The position numbers and the translations under genes are program-made. This document shows positions 22,051 through 38,599 of a stretch of 64,000 nt of DNA, in pieces. The notes below the pieces were generated by a model that saw only the letters and a list, made by a program, of their open reading frames with translations, did not search any database and had not been told where the DNA came from. The stretch comes from Takakia lepidozioides (lineage: Eukaryota; Plantae; Bryophyta): NCBI GenBank assembly GCA_030704615.1, contig CM060733.1:55800001-55864000 (forward strand), written 5' to 3'. Position 1 is the stretch's first letter; each line of letters begins with the position of its first letter.

Positions 22051-24296
22051 CAGACCCATTTGCAACAAATGAGTTCGCGGGTTTGAACATGAGGGAGATG
22101 AGGAGCAGGAAGATTTGAACAGAAACCTGTCAGCACAGAGCATAAGAGTCGAACCAGATGTGTGCAAAGATGGTGCAGAGTGTTTTTTGCTGGATTCCGT
22201 CAGTTTGTTAGTGGGTGTCCAGGTTACCCCAATGAGTCATGGCATTGTGATCGGCACCACCTTGTGATGTGCATTACTAACTTGCATAACTGCCCCCGGC
22301 GCTCCAACACTTCCCCTGTAGCAAAACATTTGATAATCCATAATTCCCCTTGCTAATCTTTGAAGCTTCTTGAAATCTTTTGGTTTCATGGTCCGTGCTT
22401 AAGAGTCCAATAAAATGCCAAGCCCCCAACACCTGAAACTAAAATTGTGTCATTGTCATTGGTAGCACATAGCATAGTGGAGCAGTTTTAGATTGAAAGA
22501 TAGTTAAAGTTACAGGGGGGGCTGGTCACCTGATCTGTACATTTCAGAACACAGATGGTCACGGTCGGATCCACGTACCTAGTAGATTCTAAAATGTCAG
22601 CTCCGGAATCTTAATAGCCCTTGAAGGTATCCCAGCGTCTTCTTCCACTCGTGGGAGCTCTTGTGACTCCTTCGTGCCCACTCCTCTGCTGCCAGCATCA
22701 TGGTGCGTGAATTCTTTCCAAAATCCATTCAAGCATCCTGCGCCTCATTCTTTCTGTTTGGTTTCTCTTTGTTCACAATCTCATCAAACGAAAAATGATT
22801 GCTCTGTTTAAGAGTCTAAAATGTTCCTGTATTTGTGTTGTGGTTGTTATTGTTGCTGTGAGTAATGTAGACTGAAAGTATCTGTGATTCCTTTGCTACA
22901 GTTATTTCTTGGGTCTGTGTCGCTCCTTTGAATTGAAGAATTTAGCACCTAAGTTGAAAGGGGCCAAAAGCAGGGGTTGGGCTTGTGCATAGCAGTGCAT
23001 GGGATGGATTCAGTGCAGAGGTTTTCGGGTTTGGGAGAATCGGAGTGTTTCTGTATCAATTTGTTGTTGTGGGCTAGGAAGTTGAAAGCACGATTCAGCA
23101 CACCCGGAAGAAAGAAAAGCGGAGGCAATGACGAGAGGTGCTGTGGGTTGCAGGTGCTTTGAGATGAAGATCCATTCTCCTGGACTGTTAGGGCGGGGGT
23201 GATGAGGAGCTCTCTGTCTTCTGTGTGGCTGCAATTCTTGTGCAGAAATGGATGAAGCTGTTGAAAGATATTCAGTCTATGGATGGTGCCATCACGATAA
23301 TGTGTTGTTTTTTCGCAGGTTGCTCCACATATCTTCGAAGTTGATGAAGCTTGTCCCTTGACTAGCTGTCAATGCTTAGAAAATTCGGCATCTTTTGCTG
23401 TACGACTGTCAGCCTGTGCTTTTGGACCATCTATTGCACATTTTAGTTTACCCGTTAGTATGTGCAGCCACTTTGAAGAAAGGGCTGGGAGGTGTGTGGC
23501 TACTATGTGCAACAAGGATGACTATTGTTCTCAGAATTTTGAGGCTGGAAAGCTTACTCACAAACATAGTGATTACATATGTTTCTGACATTGAATTTGG
23601 GTTCCTTATGTTCCTTGACCTGTGTCTACAGATTTCAATGACATGCACATGACTGTAAACGTCCTAGTTGTGTCCATACGGCAAGTTATTCTTGAAGCAA
23701 ATCCAAGCATGTGTAGGGGATTTTCAGATTTGGCTTTAATCCCTTGAAATTTTGATCTTAACTAGAGAGCCTAAGTCTTTTAGTCAACTCAAATTGCTAG
23801 AATGGCTTCTGAATTTACTGATGGGATTAATTCTGGTGGGATGTGTTTTTGATCTGGAAGGATCAGATGCTACTTGCCATTATGGTGTCAGTAATTCTCT
23901 TAAGGATGGTGGATGACCTTATTTGTCAACATGTCAATGTATTTGCCTATGTTCGAATGAACATTCGGCTGTTGGTAGCTTGAATTCCTGGATTATGGGG
24001 CAGCTTTTCACAGCTTGGTTGCCTTCATATCAAGTAGAGAGAGTTTTTGCAGCTTGCTAGATCATAATATGATATGCAAGCGCGAGGCTGATTCATAGTA
24101 CTTGCTACACCATTGCATTTGTTGCAGATCACATTTGTGGCAGCAAACTATATATTTGGAGGAGAGCCAGTGTTTTTCCTTCTGGTGAAAAATCGCCATA
24201 TTTCGACGAGGAAAATCGGTCAGCTACTTTTGTACAAAGGAATTATGGGGGGAAGGGGGTAAAAATGGAGGACAATCAATATATGAAGCCAGCCAG

Positions 24297-24335
24297 TTTG
24301 TTTGGTTTGTTTTGTTTTGTTTTGTTTTGTTTTGT
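24297..24335. repeat. (GTTTT)n microsatellite inside an unclassified interspersed repeat (~24165-24900)
   Basis: Directly visible pentanucleotide run. Confidence 0.85.
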
Positions 24336-24988
24336 AGCTTCTTTGGGATCTCCCAAACCGCGGGCCAGTGCGGGTGCTTGGTGCCGTTGGAAAGCCCTCA
24401 ATGAGGAGGGGTGCACCGGCTTGGTCTCATGATTTTTGGTGTGGGAGATATGGAATTCCAAGTCCTTTTGGTCTCCGGAAATTCGGGAAAATGGCAAAGT
24501 GGGCTTTCTTGGAGCAGTGATTGGCCCTTCATGTGGGAGATTTGGAATTTGAAATACTTGTGGTTATTGGAAATTTGCAAAAACATAGCAAAGTGGATAT
24601 ATCAATATATAAAGCCTCGAAAGGGGAGATTGCAAAAATAGCAAAGTGGGCTTTGGGATTGCCCTTGGACTTGGGTGACATTGGACATTGGAGGTTGCAC
24701 TTGGGTCTCTACATAGGAGACCCACATGGATGGATACGGAGGAGATTGCACATGGGCTTAGATTTCAATTCTTCACACATGGCCAAATGGCACAGGCTAC
24801 CCTAGATCTCCCAAACAGTGGAGTCTCTGGATACTTAGGGGATTGCACTTGGACATAGATGACATTGGACACTTGGGCCAATGGCACAAGCTACCCTAGT
24901 AGGAATAATGTAAGAACTTAATGGACGTTTGCGATCTGACGGTCCTTTCGCGGGATTGGGGCAGCCTGGGGTCCTCCGGTGGGGCCCC

Positions 24989-25309
24989 TGTCAAATCCTC
25001 CCCACCCCCTCTTACATCGGTTTCACTATTAAATACTTGAGAATGGTAAGGTGATAGCATTGCAGGCGACGAGGCACTGGTTTCGATACTTGATGGGAGG
25101 CTCTTGTATAAAATGGTTAGTCCATTTTATACTCAGCCAAACTTGGAATTAGTCAAATTTCGAGACCAAGCGTGAGTTACACCAACTCCGTTATGTGTAA
25201 CTCCGAGTGGAGTTACACACCTCGTTGTGTAACCCAGTGTAACCCCAACAGGAGTTTACACACCTTCAGTTCCATGTCACTTTCAAGAGAGGGTGGGGAA
25301 GATTTGACA
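24989..25309. mobile_element. MITE-like element with ~25-bp terminal inverted repeats, copy 1
   Basis: TGTCAAATCCTCCCCACCCCCTCTT ... AAGAGAGGGTGGGGAAGATTTGACA; internal GTGTAAC/GTTACAC motifs; a homologue lies at 41515-41952. Confidence 0.6.
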
Positions 25310-26778
25310 TGCCGGAAACTGGGGTACCATTCTGCCAGTGGATGCACCTGTGCATTCAGACTGGGATTTCCAGAAAACCGAAATGCTTTTTAGCATGTGG
25401 ACTGTAGTTCAGTGACCTCCAAGACAGCCTTAGCCTTTACTTGAGCAAACCAGTGCTTGCTTAAAACCATAGAGATCTCTGCCCAAAAAATTTGTCGCAG
25501 GCCAAGTGGGGAGTGTTGAAAGCAGTGCAGCTTTGCAAGCTCATGCAATCTTTTAGTCTGGGAAGAGAGAGAAATCAAAAGCCATAGAAACTTGCAACGT
25601 TTTGATGACTTCAATTAGGAGTGACACTAAGAGATTTTAGAAACAGTGATAGAGTGGTTAGACAGATGAGATGATCTCATGCGGCACTCATTGCTATTAT
25701 TTTTTCAATACATGTGTGTGTGTGTGTGTGTGTTCCTGTCACAAAGGTATGTGCTTCTTTGCGTTTTTTCTTCTTCTTTGAACCCTATGTCTATTGAATG
25801 CTCCCCATTTCACAATTTTCTTCTTGTTTTCTTATTACTGGCAATGGCATGTGGGTCAGATCTCAGACTTGAAATACAAGTTGAAGAAATGATGATCAAA
25901 ACACCAAGGCTCACCTTGGAAGTCAGGAAGGATAGACCTAAAAAACCGGTTGACTCGTTTTAAAAGCAAACCTAAATTATGATACAGCTTATCCTGATAG
26001 TATCACAAATGTGCATCTTCTTTCCAATCTTTTCTGAACTGAGGTGCCTAGAGAACAAAATGGAGTGAGGACTTCCCACTTCTCCAGCCTTTCTTCACCC
26101 TCATCTCTCATCTCATCTAACTTTGACTTGTGAAGGAGCCCACTTTGACAAATTTTTCAACATTTATAATTGGGATTGCATCCCTTCTCCAAAGACAGTG
26201 TCAAGGAAAGCCTCATAGAAGGAAGCTGCAGTATCTATGATACTAGACCCCACACAACCTGAACCAGCTTAGCCCTAATTGGACAAACTGATCAAGGGGC
26301 ACACTGAGAGCCCCACTTATCCTGACATTCAATCTGACTGAGCTATCTGTATGGCTGAATTACAATTTATCATCATTATCATCGCCTGGACAAAGCTAGA
26401 GCCAGTCCACCAAGACATCTGGCCTTATCTCTCTCTATCTATGTTGCTTTGGCCACAGCAAGCACAATTTCAGCCCCCATAGCAGCACATAGTCACTTTC
26501 GCTGCTATGCAAAGCTTCTGCCCAAAAGCCTACCTCAAGGGCTTTCAATTGTCTCTCTATCCGTCGATCCCTGACCTACCTCGCTACTCTGACTAAACTG
26601 GCAGCAATGTCTTTGCCAACAAGGCCACAAATAAGGTGATTCGAATCTCATCCCTCCCAACCCCCCTCCTAACCTTTCACTTTCTACGATCTCAAAGTCT
26701 TCAATGTATTAACCACAGTTGAAAGACAAAGCAAGTAAACACCCCACTTTGCATGCATGCCAAGCTTAACATGTAAAG

Positions 26779-27927
26779 CTAGGGTCCCCGGTATTTACCA
26801 AAGCAAAAGCAACCCTGAGGTTCATAGTCCGTTGGGATCATGCCACCACCCTTACTCGTATCGATGGCTTCCAACATCCGCACTACCTCAGTCATGGCAG
26901 CCCGCTTCTCAGGGTTACTATCCCAACATTTCTTCATCACATGTGCAAGAGCATGAGGACAACATTGTGGGATCTTTGGTCTCAAGTGTTGGAGTACCAC
27001 AGACGATGTCATCTCTGCAAAGCTGAGGTCAGGATATGGCATGTCACAACAGTAAATTTCCCAGAGACAAATACCAAAGCTGTAGACATCACACTTGCGA
27101 TTATACGGCTTTCCATCCAACACTTCAGGGGCCATGTATCCAAGAGTCCCTGTCTCCCCGGTCATATCCTTCGGATTTTGGGCTTCCACCCTAGCAACTC
27201 CAAAATCTGCAATTTTGACATTGCACTGTTTATCCAACAGCATGTTCTCTGTCTTCACGTCTCTGTGAGCAATTTTCTGTGAATGCAGATAATCGAGTCC
27301 CCTCGACATATCCAAGGCCAATTGGATCACTACCTTCAAGGAAAGCTTCCTCCTGCGGTTTCGATAAAGGTAATCCTTGAGGGTACCGCCTGGCAAGTAC
27401 TCCACCACCACACAACAAGCATTGTTGGGCACATGCAAAAAGCCATCGTCTCCTTCTACTGACGACGGGATTCGCAAATCTGAATTTCCCATCGAGGCTC
27501 CTATGAACTTCGTCACATTGGGATGCTCAAGCTTATGCCACACAGCCACCTCTTGCCTGAATGAAGTTCGAAGGTTGGCTACTTCAGCCTTGGTCATGGT
27601 GGCTTCCTCCCCCCAATCCAGCAATTTGACTGCCACATCTTGCCCCTCGTACACCCCTCTGTGCACCGTGCCATAGGTTCCATGTGCAATCACATTCTTG
27701 AGTAAGACTTTCCGAGGATCGATCTCCCAATCCAACACAGGACCACGAGGCTCCAGCGACTGCCTCTGCCTGCTCAACCGTCTCTCAAGCACAGCATCAA
27801 GATCTGCCAAGTTCACCAAATCTGCGCGCACCATGCTGCCCATATTCTTCACAGATTTCGGATTCTCCCCAACAGGTTTATCTTTCTCTTTCCCCTCTCC
27901 AGCCGGATTTTCTGACCCTGCTTCCAT
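26779..27927 (-). CDS. Raf-like MAPKKK (plant group C, ATMRK1/ATN1-like) Ser/Thr-Tyr kinase; coding region intronless
   Basis: Complete kinase domain: IAHGTYGTVHRG, VAVKLLDWGEE, EVAVWHKLEHPNVTKFIGA, HRDVKTENMLL, DFGVARVEAQNPKDMTGETGTLGYMAPE, C-terminal GCFCF. ATG at 27927 is preferred because a pyrimidine-rich CAG acceptor lies just upstream; the ORF extends to 27966. Confidence 0.93.
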   Translation of the reverse strand: MEAGSENPAGEGKEKDKPVGENPKSVKNMGSMVRADLVNLADLDAVLERRLSRQRQSLEPRGPVLDWEIDPRKVLLKNVIAHGTYGTVHRGVYEGQDVAVKLLDWGEEATMTKAEVANLRTSFRQEVAVWHKLEHPNVTKFIGASMGNSDLRIPSSVEGDDGFLHVPNNACCVVVEYLPGGTLKDYLYRNRRRKLSLKVVIQLALDMSRGLDYLHSQKIAHRDVKTENMLLDKQCNVKIADFGVARVEAQNPKDMTGETGTLGYMAPEVLDGKPYNRKCDVYSFGICLWEIYCCDMPYPDLSFAEMTSSVVLQHLRPKIPQCCPHALAHVMKKCWDSNPEKRAAMTEVVRMLEAIDTSKGGGMIPTDYEPQGCFCFGKYRGP

Positions 27928-29815
27928 GGTTCCCTGAACAAGGCCAGAGACGCACATCAGCACCATCTTCTGTGGATTGCTACGTATCTCACTCTGAATT
28001 GAAAATTGCCCTCCCCTATCCCTAATCTGTCTGTAAAAGATAGGCTGCTACTCCGTACGCGATGTCAGAGATTTGTTAGCAATACCATTCTAACTTGCTC
28101 GTATCCGAGATGTACAAGTCCTCCGCCTCAAGCTCCACAGAAACCACAAGAACCTGTCCAACCCACTTCCCAAAATCCTCCCTTTACTTGCCCCAAGAGC
28201 TCCCAGAGCAGAGCGCATGCAAGAGACAAAGGCGCAGGCAGAGGAGAGGAAAAAGCTGCAGTGGTGCAGAAGCGAAAACCTTGAATGGAACGGAACGAGC
28301 AAGGCAATATACCAAGGCGAGCCTAGGCAGGTGTCAGCTGACCAACCCCCCCGGAGGTTGCCACCTCCCTTTAACACGCCTACCTTTTTCTTTTCTTTTC
28401 TTTTTTTAACACCTTCTCTCAAAAAAGAAACACATTTTATTTTTGTAAAGTTATTTCAGAGCGGAATTCCAACTTTTATTCCCTTTTCCCTTCAATAATC
28501 TTCTGAATAAAGTCTTACCAGGGTCCTGCTCCCTGTTCATTTAAAAAACAACAAATCCCTTTTCCAATAATTTCTTTTTTCTTTTTTTTCGTTTTTGATT
28601 TTTTAACGGTTGCAATGGGTTTAATTTTTCCCTGTAATCAACTACCGTAGAGTCCTTCGATGTCCGGCGTTTATTAATTCAAATTTTGTTTATCTGAAAT
28701 ATTCAGAGAAGTAATGACCTCAATGTCGAACCGATAAAACAATTCTGATATACCCTAATTACCTCCCTAGAGGTAACTTAAATGTATGTGACCACCTTGC
28801 TTAAAAATTGTAAAAATCTAAATTTAGGTGCTGGACCTACTTTATCTGAAATAATTAAATATTCCAGCAATGCGACGGACAGCGAAGGACTCTACCGTAA
28901 ATGGCTTCATGCCCTTGGTGTAAGAAAAAAAAAACGGTTGCTTCGCCGAGTGTTTCAATCCTTAGAACAAAAAAAAATAAAAAACTAAAAAGCAAAAAGA
29001 CGAAAGGAAATGCAGAAGAAAATCCTAGGTTTGTTTGGAAGAAAAAGAAGGGCAAAAGTTGTCGTCAATTGTAACGGACTGACTCCCTTTGCAAATATGA
29101 CTTTCCGGGGCGCAGTTTCCCATCCCCGGACAGTTGTGGATAGCGACCTCGACACGTTCCAGGGCATATTCGCAATCCAAGCATGGGAAATTTTAGACAA
29201 TCTTACTCTCGGACTTTCCGGGAATTTCGACTAGACGAGTAAGCATTACTCGCGATCTCGAGCATTACTCTAAAATCCAGGAAAGAAGGTAAGATTGTTA
29301 GGTGCTACGTATAAGACGACGAGGACCATTCATTCGGGTTGCCAGCTTTTGTTTTGGTTTTTGTTTTTCTTGAGGATGAAGCCCGAAGCTTTTATAATTT
29401 TAAAGAACAATTAATTAAGTTAAATATTTATTTTTCAATTTGTAAGTTACGCCGGGGGAGATCAGGGGAGGGGGAGGAACGGCGTCCACGAACGGGGCTC
29501 CCGAGACACTTCCGGCATCGCATTCCGGCCGGCCCCGTAACGGAATCATGTACCCGAATCTGGGGCGGTGTGTACCTGTCAGTACATGAATAGTAACCTG
29601 GCACGTGTCCCATGTGTCAGACGACCGAAACTTTCTGGACGGATCAGCGGATGGACGAACAGGTACGACGAGAAGTCGACGAACGAAGATGGGGGCCAAA
29701 CGAGGGCCACATACAGTGAACCTGCAGAGCAGTATGCATCTCGCTGAGAGAGAAGAAAGCAGTAGACCTTTTTTAAGGGTTTATTGGTGTAAAGTATAAA
29801 GAAAGCGCTTGCCAA

Positions 29816-33301
<3,486 letters not shown>

Positions 33302-34121
33302 TTAGCTATAACATATGGGCATGCTCCATCTTTTCACTGTCTTGTCAGGGTGGTCAAGCATTTAGAATTTATTCCAATCCGTAAGTTCTATTCCAGACAA
33401 TGTAGCTCTTTCTACCTGGAAGAAAAATCAACTCGGAAATATGAGAGTTGTATTCTTGAGTTCCTTTGCTGTCTGTTGGTAAAGGTAGGCACAATTCAGG
33501 GTGTACACAAGCATTTTGATTGATTCAACTTTGAACCAATATAACTGTGTGCAAACTACATGAAACAACCATATACATGTGCCACCATTGGTAGATGAGC
33601 TACTACAGGTTTCTAATTCCTTCCGAACATGTCCCACGTCTGTTACCCCCTGGTGGCCATAGGTGAATGAGGGTGTCAGGAAGAGTCTCAACTGTAATCT
33701 TCTGGTGCAAGAGTGAAGAAGGCAGCAAGGAGCCAGCAAATTGAGAGAGAGAGACGGAGAGTCCTGCTGTACAAGAAGGCTGTTTATAATCAGCAGAACG
33801 CCTAGCTTTTTCAAACCTAATTCGGGCTACACAAAAGTGACGGAAGTCCATATGCCTCTGTCTTCACCGAGAGTCGAACTCAGGACCACATGGGGTGGTT
33901 CCTCTGATGATAGATCGTCCACAGGAACGAGGGTCGTTCATGTTTCGTTCGGGTTGGGGTTGTGAGGAAGGTCTGGGGTTGAAGAATGTGTGCGAGGGCC
34001 GCTTCGTGTCCAGGGATTTCGAGTCTGGGGTAGGTATTGATCGGGATTGAATATGTTGAGGAAATTCCTCCACAGCTGCAAAGGATCGAAGGGCCTGTGA
34101 AGGATTGAGGGGGTGGACAGT

Positions 34122-34871
34122 ATGACAGAGCATGAGCAGGAGCAGGAGATGGAGATAGAGGCGTTGCAAGCCATTTTGATGGACGATATTGAGGAATTGG
34201 AGAGCGGCGACAGCGGGCTGGGAACAAGTGCTCGTTGTTTCCAGATTACCATATCACCGAAGGATGATGATGAGGATGAGCCGACTGACATCCCAGTGCG
34301 ATTGGCTCTTGTGTTTGCGCACACTCCCACTTATCCTGATGAGCCTCCTCTTCTTAGTGTGCGCAGTTTACAAGGGGTGACAGTTGCGGATACCAAAGAG
34401 TTGCAGGAGAAACTGAAGCAGGAGGCAATGGAGAATGTAGGGATGTCCATGATGTACACTCTTGCGACGTCTGCCAAGGAATGGCTGCGGGAAAGATTCG
34501 GCCAAGACCGTGGCTCTTCTGATGTGGAGGATGATGACGAAGTAGCGAAGGAGGAGATTATTGAACCGCATGGAGAGGCCGTGACGATTGATACTTTTTT
34601 GGCTTGGAGAGAGCGGTTTGAAGCGGAGCAAGCACTCGAGCGGGCCAGGCTAATGCCAGAGGCTGCGCTGTTGGCTTCCAAAGAGAAGAGGCACAGTGGA
34701 AGGATGTGGTTTGAAGCGAAAGGTGGGAAGATTGTGCCTGAAGATGTGGATGAGGACGAAGACAAAGACCTTGACTTTGAGGATTTTGATGACGATGAAG
34801 ACCTTGATGAAGATGACATGCTTGAACACTATTTATTGGAAAAGAACGATAAGACTACCATGCCTGAGTGA
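34122..34871 (+). CDS. RWD domain-containing protein 1 (GIR2/RWDD1-like, DFRP2 family); coding region intronless
   Basis: MTEHEQEQEMEIEALQAIL, YPDEPP RWD motif, ENVGMSMMYTL, HGEAVTIDTFLAWRERFEAE, SGRMWF and an acidic tail. Confidence 0.92.
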   Translation: MTEHEQEQEMEIEALQAILMDDIEELESGDSGLGTSARCFQITISPKDDDEDEPTDIPVRLALVFAHTPTYPDEPPLLSVRSLQGVTVADTKELQEKLKQEAMENVGMSMMYTLATSAKEWLRERFGQDRGSSDVEDDDEVAKEEIIEPHGEAVTIDTFLAWRERFEAEQALERARLMPEAALLASKEKRHSGRMWFEAKGGKIVPEDVDEDEDKDLDFEDFDDDEDLDEDDMLEHYLLEKNDKTTMPE

Positions 34872-37689
34872 TTTGCGTGTGGGAGGTTGAGTTCTGGAGC
34901 ATCTATCACTGCACCGAAGAATGCAAGCCCATCGGTTTTTTTCTGTGTTTTCTGGTGAGCGATGGGCAGGCTGCGGCTTTGAATATCTTTGTTCTTAGGG
35001 GAAAACCTACCGTGAGTGAGTTACTTTTACACCGTCGAGAGACACAGCAATTCGCACTCCTCCCAAATGCATCTTGGAGGACAGTTGATTACGCCCGCTA
35101 TTATCTTTTGTACAGTAATTCATCCTTCCTTATTTGAGAAGGCTGCCCGATGTGTGCAGGATTATCTATCATTGGCTTGGACAGCAAGAGCCATGTGCAA
35201 ATATGTTCATGGCTTGAAAGTTTTTGTATTAGAGATGCGTAGTCAGAGTAGTCCCAAGAATGTAATCTTGGCTCATGTTGGAGAGAGAGGGAGAGAAGGA
35301 GAGAGAGAGATTGAAAGCAATAAGATTTATTCCGCCACAAAGGTCTGCAAGGGCCCAGTTAGAACAAACTGAAAGAGGGGGAGAGAGAGAAAGAGAACCA
35401 AGGCCTGCTGAGATACTTTGGAGTGTTTTCCACACTGTGGTGTGAAACTACACTGTTTGAAATCATGTGAAGTAGCCAGGGCTCTCTGATATAACCTTTG
35501 GAAATGGTAATTTCTGCTGGTTTGTGGCAGTACACAAATGTATGTTTGGCTCCATATTTCAAGATAGGAACAGAGATACTGCAATGGCAGAGGGGGCCCT
35601 GCCACTTGGATGGCCATCTAACACAGGACAAGGTACTCGTGGGCTTTGAAAAGCTTGCCTCCCACCAGGCATGAGGAATTCTGGATGTGCGAGGAGTGGC
35701 TACTAAGCTTTTACAGTATGCCTTGCAACCTGGTTGGATGTAGCAGTAATTGGGAAAGAAGGGACATCAGTAGCAAAATGTGAGCAGAATGGGGAACTCT
35801 TCCATTTGGCTTACCCTAACATTGTGATTGTTTCAAGAGAGACCCGTTCAGACTGTCTTTATGGGACAACATTGAAAGGCTCAAGGTAAGTATCTGCCAT
35901 TTTACATAAGTTTTCTGAACTCGGGTTCAGGGTTCTCTGAAGGAAGTTGATCAAAGAGAATGCTGGTTGTAGACAACTGTCAGGACTGTTTAAATGGGGC
36001 TCTCTGGAGTTCCAGCATCAACTTGTGTGCTCTCCTCTCTATTTGATGCCAACAACCCACATGCTCTGCCTGCTGTGGCTGGCATTAGTACCACCAAAGA
36101 TGGTCGTTGGGGCGAGATGTTGGTAGAGGCTTTAGCAAATTAGAAAACTTTAGGCTGACTATCTATACACAATCACTGCTCTTCAAACTAGTGCCACTTG
36201 TTTTGAATGGTGAAGACCACAACAATGTGCAGGTGGGCTCGGAGTTTGATCCAAACTGAGAGAAAGAAACTCACATACCCATTCAACTACATGCGCACTC
36301 CAGTACAAGGGTGTATTTCGCATATTTTCCAAATACCTAGAGAATTTATGTCACACGCTCGTGCAACAAAAACTGCATAAAAAACTATTCTCAACTGTTC
36401 ATGTTAGCACATATCAAAACAAACAAGGAAACATGTTACCCCTACTGGCATGGATTGTGCTCATGTTGCAATCACGCCCTATTGCTCACATGATACCGGG
36501 CCCTCTACATGGTAAGCACAAGAGAGGGTAGCGAGACGGGTCCATAGCGACAGCGTGCTGGGATACAATCGCCCAAATGCGAAGAGAGGCGCAGGGTTAG
36601 GGACCTCTGTTTACATTAAGTGTTTTTAGAGAACAGGGGGATTGTAGCCCTGATAACTTACATTTTGAGTTTCGTCCAAGGAACTTCGCATAGACAGACT
36701 TCATTTGGATGAGCTTAACCCTTAAATGACCACCAGGCCCAAAACGGGCCGTTTGGGGTCTTTGACAAATAATATCTTTTTCAAATTTTGGTGGATTTTG
36801 ATAAAATCTGCGCCATAGGATGGGGGTCGAAGTGGAGCGCTAAGATCCATTTTTTGATTAGGGGAATTCGCTGCTAGGGCAAAGTTAGGCTCTTCTGCAA
36901 GGACTGGGGTCTGAAGCTGCCAACTCACGACGTTCTTGTCCTCTCTCCCACGTGAATTAGTGCTTCGCGTGCGTTTTGTCTCTCTTGCGTGCATGCTTGT
37001 TGCAAGTTGCTGTTGTGTTGTGTGCAGGTTATTGTTAGCGCGCATTGCTGAGGTTCCTGTGAGTGGTTGTTGAGTGCACATTGGCTTGGTTTCATGTGTT
37101 GAAGGCATCAGGAGACATCCTTCATAGTATCTCTTATTACCGGCTGTGTGTGCGAGGGTAGGCTGAAAGGGAGAGCTGGGGAATGAAGTCAATACTGTGA
37201 GGGGCTCTATCGGTGGCTGTCAGTGCTTGTCTCCACACTTTGCTGCTGTGATGGGGTTTGGAGAGTCGCCTCCCCACCACCTAAACATCTACGTGTTGAG
37301 GCTGTTGTTATCGTTAAATGGCCGGCTCGCTCCTTGGGTGCATCTTCTGAGCAAGTGGATGTTCTACTGGGAGCGCTGAATGAGGATTACTTGTTGGCCT
37401 TGAAAAGGCCATCGCGCATTGTCTAGCTATCTTTCCCACAACCTGCATATTTCTGTTACATTTGGAGGACACTTGCGGAAATCTTGGGATGTTGAGAGGT
37501 CGAAAGAGAAGGGTCACCCTAGCGGCTTCACATCCGAGGTGAATGACGTGCTAAGAGGCTAAGTGTGGCCCGATTTTGGTAATTGGACAGTGATTATAGC
37601 TAGTAGGAGACTAGTAGCAGATCCAATCCCCTTGAAAATTCCCACTTGCGAAGCAATGACTGCGCCGATATAGCCATAGGCGGAAAAAA

Positions 37690-38333
37690 AAACAAAAAAA
37701 CAAAAAACTTTTATAATGCGACGCCTTGGGGGTCGCAGTTTAGGAGCCTTGGGCGTCGCTTTTGAGGTTTTCTTTGAATTTTGAATTTTGAAAAAAAAGA
37801 AGATCCACAAGCTTTAAAAAAAAGCAAGATTGCACATGATTCAAAAAATGGTGGGACACACACACTTGTCACGCAGTATTAAACCTAATCCTTGAACGTG
37901 TTTTTACAAGTAGCCGACACATATCGAGTTCCTAATTCATTCAACGTATTGTTAGATAAATTTGAACTCAAGACCTCTAGATTATACACATAGTAAGACA
38001 CTTAGCACTAACCAATATATCAAATATCAACTTAAACACAAACTCATGATTTAATTGTACGTAAGGTAGTTCATGCGAGCGCTCGGCGCGACCTCAAAGT
38101 GACACTCCTTGCGTCGCTCAAATATAAGCATGCTAGGGCATCGCTTTTCCTGCACCATCTACTGCAAAATCCAAAAAATGATCAAGTCATTTGTAGCGAT
38201 GCCTCAAGTATTGAGGCGTCGTTAAAAATGATTTCTCAAAAAAAAAAAACTCAAAAGTAACACCTAGGGCGTCCCTAAAAAAATGACTTATTAAAAAAAA
38301 AACTCAAATGCGACAACCTAGGTGCTTGACATT

Positions 38334-38365
<32 letters not shown>

Positions 38366-38560
38366 CCCCCTCCCCCGGGTGCTTGATGCGACGCCCTAGA
38401 CGTCGCACCAGGACCGACCCCCAGTTCGTCGCGGCCCAACTGCGACATTTCTTTTTAAATTTTTGTCCAATACGACACCCTGGGCATTGCAAGATGGGGA
38501 TGCGGCGGGGGCGTCGTACGGGAGAGGCACCTCGAGGAGGTAGGCGTCGCTAAACCCCCC
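37690..38560. repeat. Unclassified MITE-like repeat rich in GCGACGCC/GGCGTCGC and CCTAGG motifs
   Basis: Motifs recur in both orientations between poly-A/T tracts; no coding capacity. Confidence 0.45.
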
Positions 38561-38599
38561 ACCCCCACCCCCATTTTTGTTGTAGTGATCTTGGATAAT

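Noticed and set aside
34331-34819. Ser-rich 162-aa antisense ORF over the RWD gene, and similar antisense ORFs over the kinase and Gypsy genes
   Set aside because: Shadow ORFs caused by codon bias of the sense gene.
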